Shown here: in pieces, positions 1 to 13,600 of the stretch
How the letters are laid out: every line of letters begins with the position of its first letter
How positions within the stretch are numbered: position 1 is the first letter of the stretch
NCBI RefSeq assembly: GCF_023055435.1
Contig: NW_025964361.1
Location: 30,938,001-31,002,000 of the forward strand
Direction: 5' to 3'
Origin: Haliotis rufescens
Taxonomy: Eukaryota
DNA: 64,000 nt
Position numbers and translations under genes: made by a program
The notes under the pieces: generated by a model
What the model was told of the DNA's origin: nothing
What the model saw: the letters and a program-made list of their open reading frames with translations, nothing else
Databases searched by the model: none

Positions 1-839
1 GCGAAACATTTCCCGCAGTTGTTACAGACGAAAGGTTTTGCATCACTGTGGACATTAGCATGGCGATTAAATTGGGCAACGGAGGAGAAGGATTTCTCAC
101 ACTGGAGACATTTGTATGCATTTAAACCTGTATGTGATACCAGGTGATCTGTCAGCCGGGAACAATATGTGTACACCTTCTCACATAATCCACATCCAAA
201 AGCAAAGTCGCCCTTCTTGTATCCTCCATGTGTTCGTATATGTTTATACAAATCCCCTGTGCTGTGAAACGGCTCCTTGCACATCCCGCATCTGAAACAT
301 TCCTTGTCATGTATCAGCTTGTGTTTGTCCAGGACATCCTCATCTACGAAAGACTTATTGCAAAGCCCACACAAAGGCAAGGCATCTTTAAGATGTGTTG
401 CTTTGTGTTTTTCACGCGCACTCTTTGAAGCAAAAGCTTTTGGACAGGTATCACACTTGTAGGGCTTCAGCCCCGCATGCATCTCCATGTGTAGTTTCAT
501 GTTCCCTCCGGCTGCGAATCGCTTGTCGCATACAGGGCACTGGTGTGGCTTCTCCCCTGTGTGGAGCTTTGCGTGTTTCGTAAGGTTGCACTTCAGTGTA
601 AACGCCATGTCACACACATCACACTTAAACGACCTGACGCCAATGTGGGTGGCCATGTGATTCTTCAGACCCGACTTCTGGGAGAATCGTTTCTCACACA
701 CTTCACATCCATATGGCTTCTCGCCAGTGTGTACTCTCGTGTGGATGGTCAACTCCGAGGGTTTGGAAAACACTTTGCCACATGTTTCGCAGTTGTGGTC
801 TATGCGTTTAGCTTTTCCTCTTTTCGTCTTTGGTGCCAT
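1..839 (-). CDS. C2H2 zinc-finger protein (Kruppel-type array), 3' part runs off the window
   Basis: Manual minus-strand translation from ATG at 839: MAPKTKRGKAKRIDHNCETCGKVFSKPSELTIHTRVHTGEKPYGCEVCEKRFSQKSGLKNHMATH... About 9 complete CxxC...HxxxH fingers with TGEKP linkers. Splice acceptor (tgcag|) at about 856. Absent from the ORF track, probably because no stop lies inside the window. Confidence 0.95.
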   Translation of the reverse strand, partial: MAPKTKRGKAKRIDHNCETCGKVFSKPSELTIHTRVHTGEKPYGCEVCEKRFSQKSGLKNHMATHIGVRSFKCDVCDMAFTLKCNLTKHAKLHTGEKPHQCPVCDKRFAAGGNMKLHMEMHAGLKPYKCDTCPKAFASKSAREKHKATHLKDALPLCGLCNKSFVDEDVLDKHKLIHDKECFRCGMCKEPFHSTGDLYKHIRTHGGYKKGDFAFGCGLCEKVYTYCSRLTDHLVSHTGLNAYKCLQCEKSFSSVAQFNRHANVHSDAKPFVCNNCGKCF

Positions 840-1182
840 TTCCAGTTTCCCGCACCTGCATATGTAAATATAGTCTATGTAAATGTGGACTCCCTGAGTG
901 AGTTGGCTGAAATCTACTTAAATTTGCACGGTTATGAGGATAGACCCTCAATTATCCACCGTTAACGTATGTTTATATGCCTGTGATGTATATCATACGG
1001 GCTTGTAGATATCAATACGCCCGTTAACAAAAGAAATATTCTGATTTATAAAGCTTGAACAAATACGAACAGGATTATTTATTGTCAGCTTATCGTTAGT
1101 TTAAAGTCGAAGACGTTTTACGATTTGGTAAAAATCACGAGCACGTGAACTGTGTTGACAGGCAATGGATCATATATATATT

Positions 1183-1478
1183 CAGTCAAGTCTCGTTAAT
1201 CCGACACTCGTTAATCCGAAAATCGGCTTTATCCGACACAAATGATGGGAATCGATTAAATCAGTGCTATTTAGACCCGTTAACAATGTAACACAACAAT
1301 ATGAATATTTCCTTTTTTCGTTTTTTTATTGCAACATGTTTAAATCGTTATCTAACGTGTAGTTGTCCAATTTTCGATCACGAACGTTGATACTGCCAAA
1401 TTTCGTTTATCCGAAATACTCGTTAATCCGACATAATCATAATGCAACCAACAATGTCGGATTAACGGGACTTGACTG
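1183..1478. mobile_element. Tc1/mariner (pogo/Tigger-like) MITE
   Basis: TIRs CAGTCAAGTCTCGTTAATCCGACA / TGTCGGATTAACGGGACTTGACTG, TA on the right flank, internal TCGTTAATCCGA sub-repeats. Confidence 0.8.
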
Positions 1479-1589
1479 TAATCAGATATAATGGATGGTT
1501 AGAACCCAGGAGCAGCTGACCCAAGCGCGGGTAATGGCCACATTGTGTCACACCAATAAGACCATTCGTGACAATATTATAATGGTGTG

Positions 1590-1765
1590 CCCCGATTATG
1601 TTTCTAGGTTTGTCAGCACCATACCCGGGCTCGTGGGTTTCACCGAAGTGGTAAACGTCTGAGACCTGCATCACTTCGGGCTTTCGTCCCACATTAATCT
1701 GACACGCCGTGATATAACTGGAATACTGTTAAAAGCGGCGTAAGCCCTAACTCACTCACTCACAC
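1590..1765 (+). mobile_element. SINE family C, 5'-truncated
   Basis: Matches the 3' half of the copy at 40008-40294; (CACT)n tail. Confidence 0.8.
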
Positions 1766-2084
1766 ACTACAATGGTGTGTACCTTCTCAACAGATTAGGG
1801 GTGGGGAGGTAGCCCAGTGGTAAGAACGTTCGCTGGTCACTCACTCACTCTCAACATATATTCCCGTTCAGAACTAGTTTAAAACTAAGTCACTTGATAT
1901 TATTTTATGATTTTAGTTTTATATCGGGGTTTGTGTCTGTTACTGGCATGATAAATACACAGAGCAGTATCTGCTGGATACACGGTTTTTGCAACGAATA
2001 TAGAAATATGTGTAAACTGAGCCACGTCGAGGTCCCGGAGAAGTTGATGCCCACAATAACTTTTAACAAGAGCCGACTACCGCT

Positions 2085-2270
2085 GAGTTTAATCGGATGG
2101 TCATGATCAACTCGGTGAAATACCTGATTGCGTGTGATCATTCCCCAATATCATTAATAGCTGATCACGTTGACAGTCACTGGGTTGTCTGGTCCAGAAT
2201 CGATAATTTAAATATCGCCGTAATATAGCTGGAATATTTCTCGCAACGACATTCAACCCAATTCACTCAT
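2085..2270 (+). mobile_element. SINE family B, degenerate
   Basis: Contains ttgtctggtccaga...cgccg...atagctggaatatt. Confidence 0.55.
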
Positions 2271-2730
2271 TTACCCGTATGAACAGTCAAAGGATTGACG
2301 GTATATATTATCAACCATTGACTCCTCATCTAACGCACCAATAAAGATTTGAAACGGTAATCTTTCTCCGTGCACTTCTTGCATGATTAAACTTATATTG
2401 TAAGTAACATTCAATTGCATATAGAAACATGTAACAGTGAACTTCTACATATCTGACAGTAAGTTAGGATGATAGAAATCAGAATAGGAAAAATTGTCTG
2501 AATTGTGAGAATGCCTTCTCATCTTGGTAAACAACGATTTATTCTGATCAAACATGTGATAGATGCATATTTAAAAGAGGGCAGTTATCAAATTAGAAGT
2601 TGATATTATACTTTAGTCAGGGTTACATGAATAGCCACCCCAGTAAAGACTTGATACTGTGTCTCAATTCATATAGAAACACCATTATTCCAAGTAGTCA
2701 CATTGACGTAAGCACCCGATTTCAACTTAC

Positions 2731-2810
2731 CTTCGTCACCAGCGAGAAGAAATGGAACAGACTGTTATGTTTCCGATGACCAAACTGAGGACTCTCCTTC
2801 TAGCCCGACA
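2731..2810 (-). other. Possible 5' UTR exon of the zinc-finger gene
   Basis: Perfect minus-strand donor GAAG|GTAAGT at 2731/2730, upstream of the acceptor at about 856. The exon 5' limit is a guess. Confidence 0.35.
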
Positions 2811-3443
2811 TGACAAACAAGTATATATACGTTGTGCACATCAAAGGTCGGAGAGAGTAGCTGGCTTTTGGTTTGTTGTGGCAATGAGATCGCACCCTAC
2901 TTTACAATTGCTTCCACGGCTTATGGGTCTGGTGTTTGAGTAGTATTGTCAGGGTATTAGCTTGGAAGGAAGCCGAAGGCTTGTGGTTTGAGAGGGAATA
3001 CTTCGAATTCCATTATATCTTCTTGATTGACAGGCATCCGCATGTGCATTCATCATGCACGATTCACTTTGCCGGTCCCTATTGTTAAGGTATGGAGGAA
3101 AGTGATCCGTGTAATCCCAAAAAAAATAGGGTAATTAAGGTACAGTATATTTCAGACTTATTTACCACTGTGTTAAAATGGTTTAAACGCACTTTCTTCA
3201 CAAAAGTGATTTTGAATTGGTAGCTTTATTTTATAAAAAATCACACTATTTATTCATGCGTATATTATTATGTTGCAATGCAATGCAGACAACGAACATT
3301 TATAAGTGTACATAGAACGTGATACGTATTACATATAAAAATGTATCAAGTACCTTCCACCTCGGGAAATTGGGACAAATCCAATGTTGACTTTTGCAAC
3401 CAACGACAACCCATATCTGTCGGTCCCTTTTGTATTACTACAG

Positions 3444-3641
3444 ACCCGTGAAGATCCGGGGTAGAATTGGTCTTCAGTAACCCATGCTTGTCGTTAGAGG
3501 CGACTAACGGGGTCGGGTGATCAGGCTCGCTGACTTGGTTGATGCATGTCATCGTATCCTAATAGCGTGGATCGATGCTCGTGATATCAATCACTGGATT
3601 GTCTGGTCCAGACTCGATTATTTACAGACCGCCATCATAGC
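3444..3641 (+). mobile_element. SINE family B (no tRNA head), single-hairpin subfamily
   Basis: Starts GACCCGTGAAGATCCGGGGTAGAA; aligns with the other family B copies. Confidence 0.85.
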
Positions 3642-4412
3642 TCGACAGTTACCACAATCGCACACCATTCTCGCTTACATTAGCTTAACATTTCTATTTT
3701 ATATGATTGATTTTTGAATAACGTGAATTAAGTTTACTTTTTAATTAATGTAGACACAATTCAGTTGTCATCTTATTAAAGTTTTAATCCGCTGGTTAAA
3801 GTTCAAGACAATGTCCATTGGTCCACTAGTTCAGAGGACCCCATATGGCTGTTTCTAATTGGGTCGACCGAGGCAATATTGAGAACTAACTTCTTTGTAG
3901 AATGGCAAGCTAACAAAACTTGTTTGCGAAAAGCTGCTTTTAAAATAACATATATAAAATTGAACGTGTGGATGTAGAAATTAACAATACATTGTCTATA
4001 TGGGAAACAAACCATTGCTTTTGAATACACGCGTATTTGTTCATGTTATGAAACCACATTGGATCAATACTTTGCAAGACAATTGGGATTGTGAAATGAA
4101 AACATTCCATCCTTTAAAAGAGTAAATTAGGACAGGAATTTCAAACTGCTCGAAATGACATCCATACAAAATTACAACCAAAAATGAATTGGTCTTTGCT
4201 CCATGAATTGGGATTGATTTGTGTGGAAAGAATGAGGTACTGCATAAATTTGGTGAAAAGATGAAAAAATCGCAAAAACACCACCACGTGAGAGTCTGGC
4301 ACCGAAACACACCAACATGACATGCACGTGCAACATCACTTGTTGGGCTATAAAGACGTTGGGTTTTCATTTTCATGCCACCACAATCTTACAACAAGTG
4401 AACAGCGAAACC

Positions 4413-5330
4413 ATGCCACGACTGACGGAAGCCCAACGCACAAATAGGAGAACCATCTTCCGTTGTAGCCAGGTTTTCCACGTAGAATCAAGCACCAATA
4501 CCAGAAGCGTTATCAGATACACGGACCAACACGTGACCTTCCAAGATCCGGTCGACCACGGATACATACCAGAGCACAGGACAGATTGATACAGCTACGT
4601 CACTTACGTGAAAGAACCACCACGTCACCTCTACAACTACGACAATACCAGGATTGCGTAGGATACAGTCCCAGAGTGTTAGGAAACGTTTACACATTGA
4701 AGGTATAGACGACCATTTCGATGTGTCATTTGGACGGAGCTGCATTGTCGACTGTGACGTTAATGGTGTCACATAGTATGGCCACAACTGCGATGGAGAC
4801 AAGATTGGTTAAGTGACGAGTCACGTGTTATGCTTCGCCGTGCAGATGGCAGACGTCGTGTTTACAGGCGTCGCGCGTTATGCACAAAACTGCATACAGG
4901 AAGTGGACAGTTTTGGTGGTTGTAGTGTGATGAAGTGGGCAGCCATCTCCTACACTGGTAGAACAGACCTGGGTAATTCAACGGCACACGCCCGTCCCAT
5001 TATGCATCAATCAAACGTCATATTCCAACAAGACAACGCCCGATCTCACACGGCAAAACTGATACAGCCCCTTCCAGGAATCACACCATCCATGTCCCGT
5101 CATGACCCTCCAGGTCTCCAGATATAAAACCGATCAACCTTTAATAGGATGCACTGGATCAACGACTGCGAGAACATCAGCAACAACTACAAAACCTTCG
5201 ACTGTTGGCACAAGCACTGCAGGCAGAATGATTGAAAGTTCCCCAGGCCACAATCCAGGGTCTGATTGCTTCCATGGGACGACGATGCCAGTCAGTTTTG
5301 GTCGCTAATGGTGGCCATACAAGATATTGA
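4413..5330 (+). pseudogene. Decayed Tc1-family transposase
   Basis: Frameshifted pieces MPRLTEAQR, FGGCSVMKWAAIS, FQQDNARSHTA, GGHTRY*. TIRs not clearly found. Confidence 0.85.
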
Positions 5331-6483
5331 GAACAGATGGCCTTCACCTTGCCAATCTACTGTTCCATATGTGCAATACGGAACCTGGGACAATGACAGT
5401 GATGTGTGAGTTGTGAACAATCGATTACCATTTGTTGGATTGTTATATAAAATATATAATTCACATCTAAAATCACTTTTGAGTCTCTTTTTTTTACAGA
5501 TTGTTCGGCAGGTTCAACTTGAAAAAACAAGCGTCACTCTCTAGTTTGTTACACCACCACAGTGGACGGGAGGTTTGGAGAGAGATAGATGAAACAGGTC
5601 TTGGTAATGATAGATAGTCCTACATTCAAGTGGAGCTGGTGAACATTGATGGACATATTACATGTGATCTCCAGGAGGGTTGAGACGCAGTGGACTATTT
5701 TTTAAATTCTTCTATTTTATTGTTAGAATTTAGAACTGCTGTTTCCAGATACAAAGGTACCAAGGCGGTTGGACTAGAAGAAGTATAATTTGAGGCTATC
5801 AAGAATGACAACTACATTGCATACAAGTATTTAATTGACATATGGGCTATTAAACCATTGCTTGAAAATGGGACAGCACCTTCAAACTAGTAACATGGCA
5901 TGGGCTCATTATGCTTTTGTGAAGCCACTATCACAGATGTAAGAAAGGTTAGGAGTTAAACGTACTGAGACTTATTCTAAATGCCATTCCAAAACTTGAG
6001 ACTTATTTTGCTCAAGTTTAATGTAAACGTACTCAGGCGCACGCGCGGCCCCAAAGTAGCGGCCATAAATTTTTTGACTTCCGTGATTGGATTCAAACCA
6101 CGGTCCCTCTGAGATCGTACGCCTTGTCCACATGACCAAAGTGGTTAACACCGTCGACAAGCTGAGGATGTCATTTGTTGGATCACTTCTCCCCCTGTTA
6201 CACAAGCAACATCTATGGGAGGCAATTCCGCACCCCACCCCTCCCAATGTATGAAACACCTCATTAAGTATGACATATGAAACAGTAACATGCGACACGA
6301 ATCTTATCTTGCCTAGTAAAATAATGAAACCATCGATGTTTCCAAAACAGTAGAGGTATGTTATCATTTGTCAAATAGGTAAAGCTGTATAACGTTCAGG
6401 CAGAGCATTACCGCTCGGTCTGCAATGATGCGAAAATTATCATGCAGTCTTCTTTTAGTGTGCAAATTCGACAAATAATACAA

Positions 6484-6627
6484 TTCGCTCGTCACGCCGA
6501 AGACCCGGGTTCGATTCCCAACATGGGTACAATGTGTGAAGCCCATTTCTGGTGTCCCCCCGCCGTGATATTGCTGGAATATTGCTAAAAGCGGCGTAAA
6601 ACCATACTCACTCACTCACTCACTCAC
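6484..6627 (+). mobile_element. SINE family A (tRNA-Asp-like head), 5'-truncated
   Basis: B box GGTTCGATTCCC, shared 3' tail, (CACT)n. Confidence 0.9.
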
Positions 6628-6776
6628 AAATAATATACACATTTCTATCCGTTTTTATGCATCTTATGTTTTTTTCGGGTTGGTGTAGATGTCTGACCAC
6701 GACTCGTCTGAAGTGGAATTTAGATCCCCTCGAGCAGTGCATACATCGTTTACCCCACACAGCCACCATACAAGTA

Positions 6777-8263
6777 TACTGAACCGCAAAAGAAACGTTA
6801 CCCCATGTAACATTACATGAAAAGTTGTCATTTAAATATCTGGGTAATTTTTGCAAAGGTTTCTAAAAATTTAATATGACCTTGTCCGGAAAAATTAAAT
6901 TTTATGATAAAAAATCCCAAAGCTGATGACAATAAAACCGATCGCCCAAACGCATCACGGCAATGGCCATGGTAACCCGATGTACGTGATTTCCGTGCAA
7001 ACTGAAATGCACATGCGTTCCTCCATTTCTTGCCCTATAAAACATTCATTCGTTATTGAATTGCTACCACATGCCAAGATTGACAAGAAATCAGCGACAC
7101 CAAGCCCTTGGACGATTGCAAGCTGGACAAACCGCCCGGCAAGTAGCCAATGCATTTCAAGTCCACGCAAGGACCATATACAGGCTCCACCAACGGTACC
7201 AGACCACCAACACTACAGATGACCGACCGCGTAAGGAAGACCAAAGGTCACCACCCGATGTCAGGATCGTCAGATTGTGCAACAGCATCTTCAAGATCGC
7301 TTTGTTACTGCTGCGGACACTGCTCGACAGACCATGGGGACAAATCAGCGACACATTAGTGTGGACACCGTTCGTCGACGATTGACGAGCAGACACCTCC
7401 ACTGTCACAGGCCACACCGAGGGCCCATTCTGACACCACGTCATCGCCGGGGCCGTCTTCAGTGGGCAAAACAGCACCAGCATTGGCGCCACAGCAATGG
7501 AGAAGAGTACTCTTCTCAGACGAGAGCCGTTACTGTATCTCAACAGCAGATGGCATGCTTGTTATTCGGATGCTTGTGTTGTTGATAGAAACTCTTGGGG
7601 TGGTCCGAGCATCATGGTGTGGGAAGGAATTGGTCTTGCGCAGAGGGTCGGCCCTTTGGTCTTCCAGAACACCGGTCCAGGGAGAGGCAATGGTGTCACA
7701 GCAGCTCGATACATTGTTCAAGTCTTGAGACCACACGCCATACCTCATTTGGCACGTCGCCTCAACCACGAGTTTCAGCATGATTACGCCCGTGCCCACA
7801 CTGCAAGAGCAACAAGAGACTGCCTCCAGCAGAATGGCATCAGAGCCATGCAGTGGCCTGCACTCAGTCCCGATTGAAATCCCATTGAGCACAAGTGGGA
7901 CGAGATTCAATGACGTCCGACAAAGGCCGACAGCTGCAGCTGAACTGAGTCAGGCGTTCCTCAGAGTGTGGGCTCAAGTGCCTGTGGCCTTAATCAACCG
8001 CATCATCCATTCCATGTATCGACGTTGCACGGCAGTCATCAATGCACATGGCGGACAAACGAGATACTGCCTTGTGATGCCATTTTCTCAGAGACTAGTG
8101 TCGTGTTTCACTTTAAGAACATTTGACACTTTAACTTCAACCTTGATGATCAGTTTTGCCAAGCTTCATCTTTTTAATGTGTCTTAAAGTATGTTTACAG
8201 TGTTTGGACAAATAAGGTTTCTCAGATATCTATCCATGGTGACGTTTCTTTTGCGGTACAGTA
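6777..8263 (+). mobile_element. Near full-length Tc1-family transposon with frameshifted DD34E-type transposase (ATG about 7071)
   Basis: 26-bp TIRs TACTGAACCGCAAAAGAAACGTTACC / GGTGACGTTTCTTTTGCGGTACAGTA. Motifs MPRLTRNQR, VLFSDESR, WGGPSIMVWEGI, FQHDYARAH, WPALSPD*NPIEH. Confidence 0.93.
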
Positions 8264-8616
8264 TTTGTCAGGTTATAGATAACGATTTCGTCAGGAACAT
8301 TTGGCAGGGGACGTTGAGTTGGAACCTGTTTTCTAAACCCAGCCGTTCAGCGGTGGCAACCAGCAAGGTCCGCCATTTTTCTGTAGTTTACAACCCATCT
8401 TCTCGAGGCAAGGGCGTTAACTGACTCTAAAAATCCAGTGGAAACTGGACTTTTATAGTCATTTTAGTCATTTGTGGGGAATCAAATCCGGGCCTTCGTC
8501 ATAACCACTTGGTTACCCCTCCGCTCCCACAATAAATAGAAGCTGAACGGGGATTTTCTTAAAACGAAACAGAGAACCATCAGATGACTGGATCGATTAT
8601 TCTAGGATATTTCATG

Positions 8617-8712
8617 CCTAGTGGTTAAAGCGTTCGCTCGTCGCGCCAAAGACCCGGGTTCGATTCCCGACATGAGTACAATGTGTGAAGCCCGTTTATC
8701 TCCCCCCGTGAT
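8617..8712 (+). mobile_element. SINE family A fragment
   Basis: A box and B box head matching family A. Confidence 0.8.
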
Positions 8713-9618
8713 AGTTTGGTCTTCGTTTAAGTAGGACAGAGGATGCTCACCGTTTCGAAAACACCTAGTGTCATCACTGTAAAGTGATTTATCCTATATT
8801 TTTGTACTGCCATTTCCTATTACAAATTGTTCGTCTTTTCTAGTGAAACAGATCCTAGTGCATTACATTTTTAAATGATTAATTCTCCCTCAACAAATAA
8901 GCATGGAGAGCCTACCACCAATGTTAAATATTAAAGCTGTAAAACACCAAAACACAACCGTCTGCCGGTGGGGACAGGTTACTGGTTGCAACACATACAA
9001 ATCACACTAATAAATAAGCATTATTTAACCCTGTAGTGTCTCGGATATTCTGATAAATCTCCATATGACTGGAATAAGATATGCTCTTTCATTATCGTCA
9101 ACAATAATGAAGTGAAACAACTATAGATTAGCAAAGAATGTATTATGTTGTCTGGTTTAAGGCCGCCTATATTGTATAATAATCAAGACGAATGCCATGG
9201 CAGTTAAGCACATGCACCAAATACCCAATCGTAGTTACTTGACGGGTCTTAGCGACCCGGGTCTTTATGTATTATAATGTGTGTTTAACTTGGTGCTCTC
9301 ATGGCTACCGGAAAACATTGATTGAAGCACATATCAAACTTTTTCCAAACGAATACCAATGCAATGTATCACGACCTTGTCGGCGGATTTTTAAAGATGT
9401 CATCAACATATCCATTAACTAAGACATATTTATTCCCGAAACAGGTGAATTGGCTAGTACTAAGAAAAAGAACATTCTCAAATTCCAGCTTATTTCCACC
9501 AGCGTTTAAGTTAGCTCACGATGGTCTCATTAGAATCCACAGGTAACGCCGTCGATTCTGTTTGATCCTCATCACGAGATGTGGTTTGAGGGGTCTCTGG
9601 TCGTGCTCATTAGTTTCC

Positions 9619-9776
9619 TGGGTAGCCTAGTGGTTAAAGCGTTCGCTCGTCACGCCGAAGATCCGGGTTCGATTCCCGACATGGGTACAATGTGTGAAGC
9701 CCATTTCTGGTGTCCCCCGCCGTGATATTGCTGGAATATTGCTAAAAGCGGCGTAAAATCAAAACTCACTCACTCA
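9619..9776 (+). mobile_element. SINE family A
   Basis: A/B boxes; target-site duplication (TSD) CTCATTAGTTTCCT. Confidence 0.92.
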
Positions 9777-9799
9777 TTAGTTTCCTTAGTAAGTAAAAT

Positions 9800-10047
9800 T
9801 CGGTTTAACGCTGATTTAAACAGTATTTCAGTTGAATGATGGCTTAATGTGTCAGGAAAGCCCGAAGTTATTCACGGTTTATGTTGGACGTTTATCACTT
9901 TGGTGAAACCCAAGAGCACGGGTATGCTGACAAACATAGAAACATAATGAGGGTGTAATAGGATTCGAACCCACGATATTAGTTTTCTGACACACGTAAG
10001 GGACGCAACTGTGCACAGCGAATTGCAGCGGCTCAGACGACGGGGAC
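9800..10047 (-). mobile_element. SINE family C, degenerate
   Basis: Aligns with 40008-40294. Confidence 0.7.
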
Positions 10048-10152
10048 ACCTGTGCCTCCGAATACCATATGATAGGGTATTGATGTAGTGCTGACTCACT
10101 AACTTTATTGAATTCGACTGTCCCAGTACCCAAGTGTATCGATTTATACAGG

Positions 10153-10507
10153 GACCGCCCCCGTGGTCTAGTGGTAGAGCGTCCGCCCGGAGAGCGGAAG
10201 GTCCGGGGTTCGATCCCCGGCCGCGTCATACCAAAAGCCGTTAAAAGATGGTACTTGTTGTTACCCTGTCTGGCGCTCGGCATTAAGGGGCTAAAACAAG
10301 GACTGGACGGCTCGGAGTGAGTATACTGTGTCTGAGTGGGGTATTCATGTTAAACTGCGGCGTGGTATCTCAGTGTGCTAGCACTATAAATCGGCATCAG
10401 TCCGGCCTAGTAGAAGCAGCCACACACACACATACGTGCATGCACGTCGCTATATAAGTGCAATAATCTTGGACGCGACGTTAAACCCAATTTTACCTCA
10501 CCTCACC
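10153..10507 (+). mobile_element. SINE family D (tRNA head plus Meta-domain-like body)
   Basis: tRNA-like head, then GTCATACCAAAAG...AAAAGATGGTACTTG...CTGGCGCTCGGCATTAAGGG, which resembles the MetaSINE central domain (from recall). TSD about TACAGGGA. Confidence 0.85.
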
Positions 10508-10696
10508 ATTTCTACAGGGAGACAGGGTTTGTTAGTGAAAGGACTAACATTTCCAGGACACTGCAACAGACTGTGCACCTTTAAATATCGATCGTCGCGA
10601 ATACAAATAGAAACCAAACACTTCTGGGTTTAAGTTCAATTCTTTTTAAAGTGTAGGGTATATTCTCACAGTTTATCTTCGATGCCAGTGCGCAGA

Positions 10697-13600
10697 ATGG
10701 CTGTACCGATCATATGCACGCTCTTGGTGTGTTTTATTACAGGTAAGGGTTATTTAAAAAATGTCTTTTACCGATTCAGGTCCTTTTGACAACTAATGAT
10801 GAAAAGGTGTCCAAGTTGGCTTCTTATTCGAGAGGATCGACAACACCTGTAGTCATAACTAGGCTTCCGTTTAACAAGTACAACGTCACTCATTGACATT
10901 TCACTGTAACAGTTGTCAGATAGGGAGTAGACGGATCAAGTCGGTTGCAAATGATTCTATGATGGCCGAGACAGTGTGTGTCGCTGTATTCCACATTATT
11001 TACTACAGTCGGCGATATGCCAGCTATATCACGGCGGCCTGTAAATAATTAAATATGTCCCATACAAACTAGTGGTTGATAGCATGGAAAAAAAAATAGA
11101 AACTACAGGATTTTATAAATATCTTGGTGTTTACTTCAGTAGAAACTTGTCATGGCATAAACATTTGTATCAAGCTACTTTACAAGCAAGAAAGGTCTTT
11201 GTAAGTATCCATAAGAGTTTGAAAGTTTTAGAAACCATTTCTCATCAATCTTTTTTTTAAATATTTGATATAAAGATACTCCCCATTTTGTTGTATGGGG
11301 CAGAAGTCTGGGGTTTACAGCACTTTGATGCCATAGAAAGGATTCATTTATATGTTTGCAAAAAGTATTTAGGTGTTAAAATAAACACTTCCAGCTTGGT
11401 GGTGTATGGAGAATGTGAAAGATTCCCTCTCTATGTATATTCAAATATAAAAGTTATTAAATACTGGCTGAGACTTATTGACATGCCCTCATATAGATTG
11501 CCAAAAAAGTGTTATAATATGATGATAGTTTATGATAATAATGGGAAAAGAAACTGGGTTACAGGTGTTAGAGAATTACTTTTCAGTTGTGGCTTTGGTG
11601 ATATTTGGCAAAACCAAAATGTGTATTCCAAACCAATGTTTATACTTTCATTAACCCAGAGATTAAAGGATATTTATTTACAATCTTGTACTGCATCATT
11701 GACTCTAACAAACAAATGCTTTTATTACAAAATGTTTAAATCAGAAATAATTATGGAAGATTATTTATCAAAAGTTAATGTTAAAAAATTTCGAACGGCT
11801 CTTTCACGTTTTAGATGTTCTTCTCACGGCCTTTTAATAGAAACAGGGCGCTATGTAAACATTCCTCGTGAAGAAAGAATCTGTAATCTATGTAGTTTAA
11901 ACTCAGTAGAAGATGAATTTCATTTCTTACTTGTATGTCCAGTGTATTTACACCTTAGAGAAAAATACCTGCACGCTTATTATTACAGGTACCCTAATAT
12001 TATTAAATTTGTTACATTGCTGTCAAACACAAAAAGAAGTATCTTACAAAATGTGTCAATGTTCATATATTATGCCTCTTTATACCGACAGAACCTTATG
12101 AAAGAATAATCTTAGCTGCTTGGTATTTGGAAACTATTGTGTATATACATTAAGTACATATTTATAGATATTTGTCATCTGAATAAACTACAAACAAAAG
12201 AGTTAGAAATGGTATTAAACTACTAGGCTGTCATATGATATTGTGGGACGTGATATTACAAATGGTTAAGTATAGTTATATGTATATGAAATGATATAAC
12301 TGTGGTGTGACATGATACATGAGGGGATATGATGCAATATATTATGTGTATTATAGAAATTGTGTAAATACAGTTTTTTAGTGTACATATTATATGGCTT
12401 GCGGTCTTCCAGTGTTGAATAAATATTGATTGATTGATATGAAATAAATTGGCATGGAATGACATGGCATTATATGGTATGATATGATAAGATATGATGG
12501 GACAAGCTATGACATTGCTAATGTGTTGTGTGATATGACATGTTGAAATGTGATACAATATAGTTGTGATATATGGTACGATGGTATGTATAGTATGTTA
12601 TGATAATGTTATATGAAATAATACTATATAGTATGATCTTATAATAATGATACAATATGATATGATGTTATAGAATATGTTGTATGATATAACAAGTTGT
12701 GATATGGTAATATAGAAATTATGAAATTACAGGGTATGGTATTGTACTGAATGTGTGAAATTATGTGACAGCGGTGAAATGCGAGGTGGAATGACGTGAG
12801 GTGATCTGGTGAGATATGTACATAAATTGTATAAAACTGTATATTCTTCAAATTGTACTATAGGCCTGTGGTCTCTTCAGTATGTGAAATAAAGATTAGA
12901 AGCATGGAAACGGTCCACTAAACCAACACGATGACACGCACTCAGTACTGTAACTAAACTATCACAATTAAGTCACACAACAATCAACTTGGTCGACGTA
13001 AAGGATGCAACGCACGGCAAAATGTGGCGTTTCAGACGACTCGACTACCGTGACCATTTTTCAACCGACTTGTATGCGGCTTGTTAGCGATATATCTATT
13101 ATTTTCATATTTTTTTTAATGATTCGTTTTGAAGTGCACAAACGAACGAATAATTGTGTTGAATTTGATCTAATCTTAAAAAACCACTGGAAGTTTGTGT
13201 CATTTTAAGTGTTAAATAATTTAATGACGATGATCTTGATTTTGTACATACTTGGTTGCAAATATTAATTGTGGAACCTACAAATCACATTTGGCCTTTG
13301 TTTGGCAATTTATGTTTCAAAGCAAAATTCATTTTGAAAAGAAAAAGTGATTTTTTTCAAGTATTGACCCAAACCAGCATGTTTGTTCGCACGTCAATAC
13401 GTCAACATTGGCCAAAATGTGTTTGCTCTGCAAGTCAGTTATCGTTCTGGAGTTTCATCTCTCATCTCTCAACAACAAAACATTTCAAAATGTCTTTACC
13501 AGTTTATATTTGAATGGATCGCCATGCTTTTAGACAGCTCTTTCAGGCAGTTATTTTCTCTGAAAGCAGCCAAACAATTGACTTTCAGAAGTCCAGCATT

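Noticed and set aside
228-965. Plus-strand ORFs listed in the track
   Set aside because: Antisense shadows of the zinc-finger CDS.
9619-9690. tRNA-Asp gene
   Set aside because: No proper acceptor stem; it is followed by a SINE body and has a TSD and many dispersed copies.
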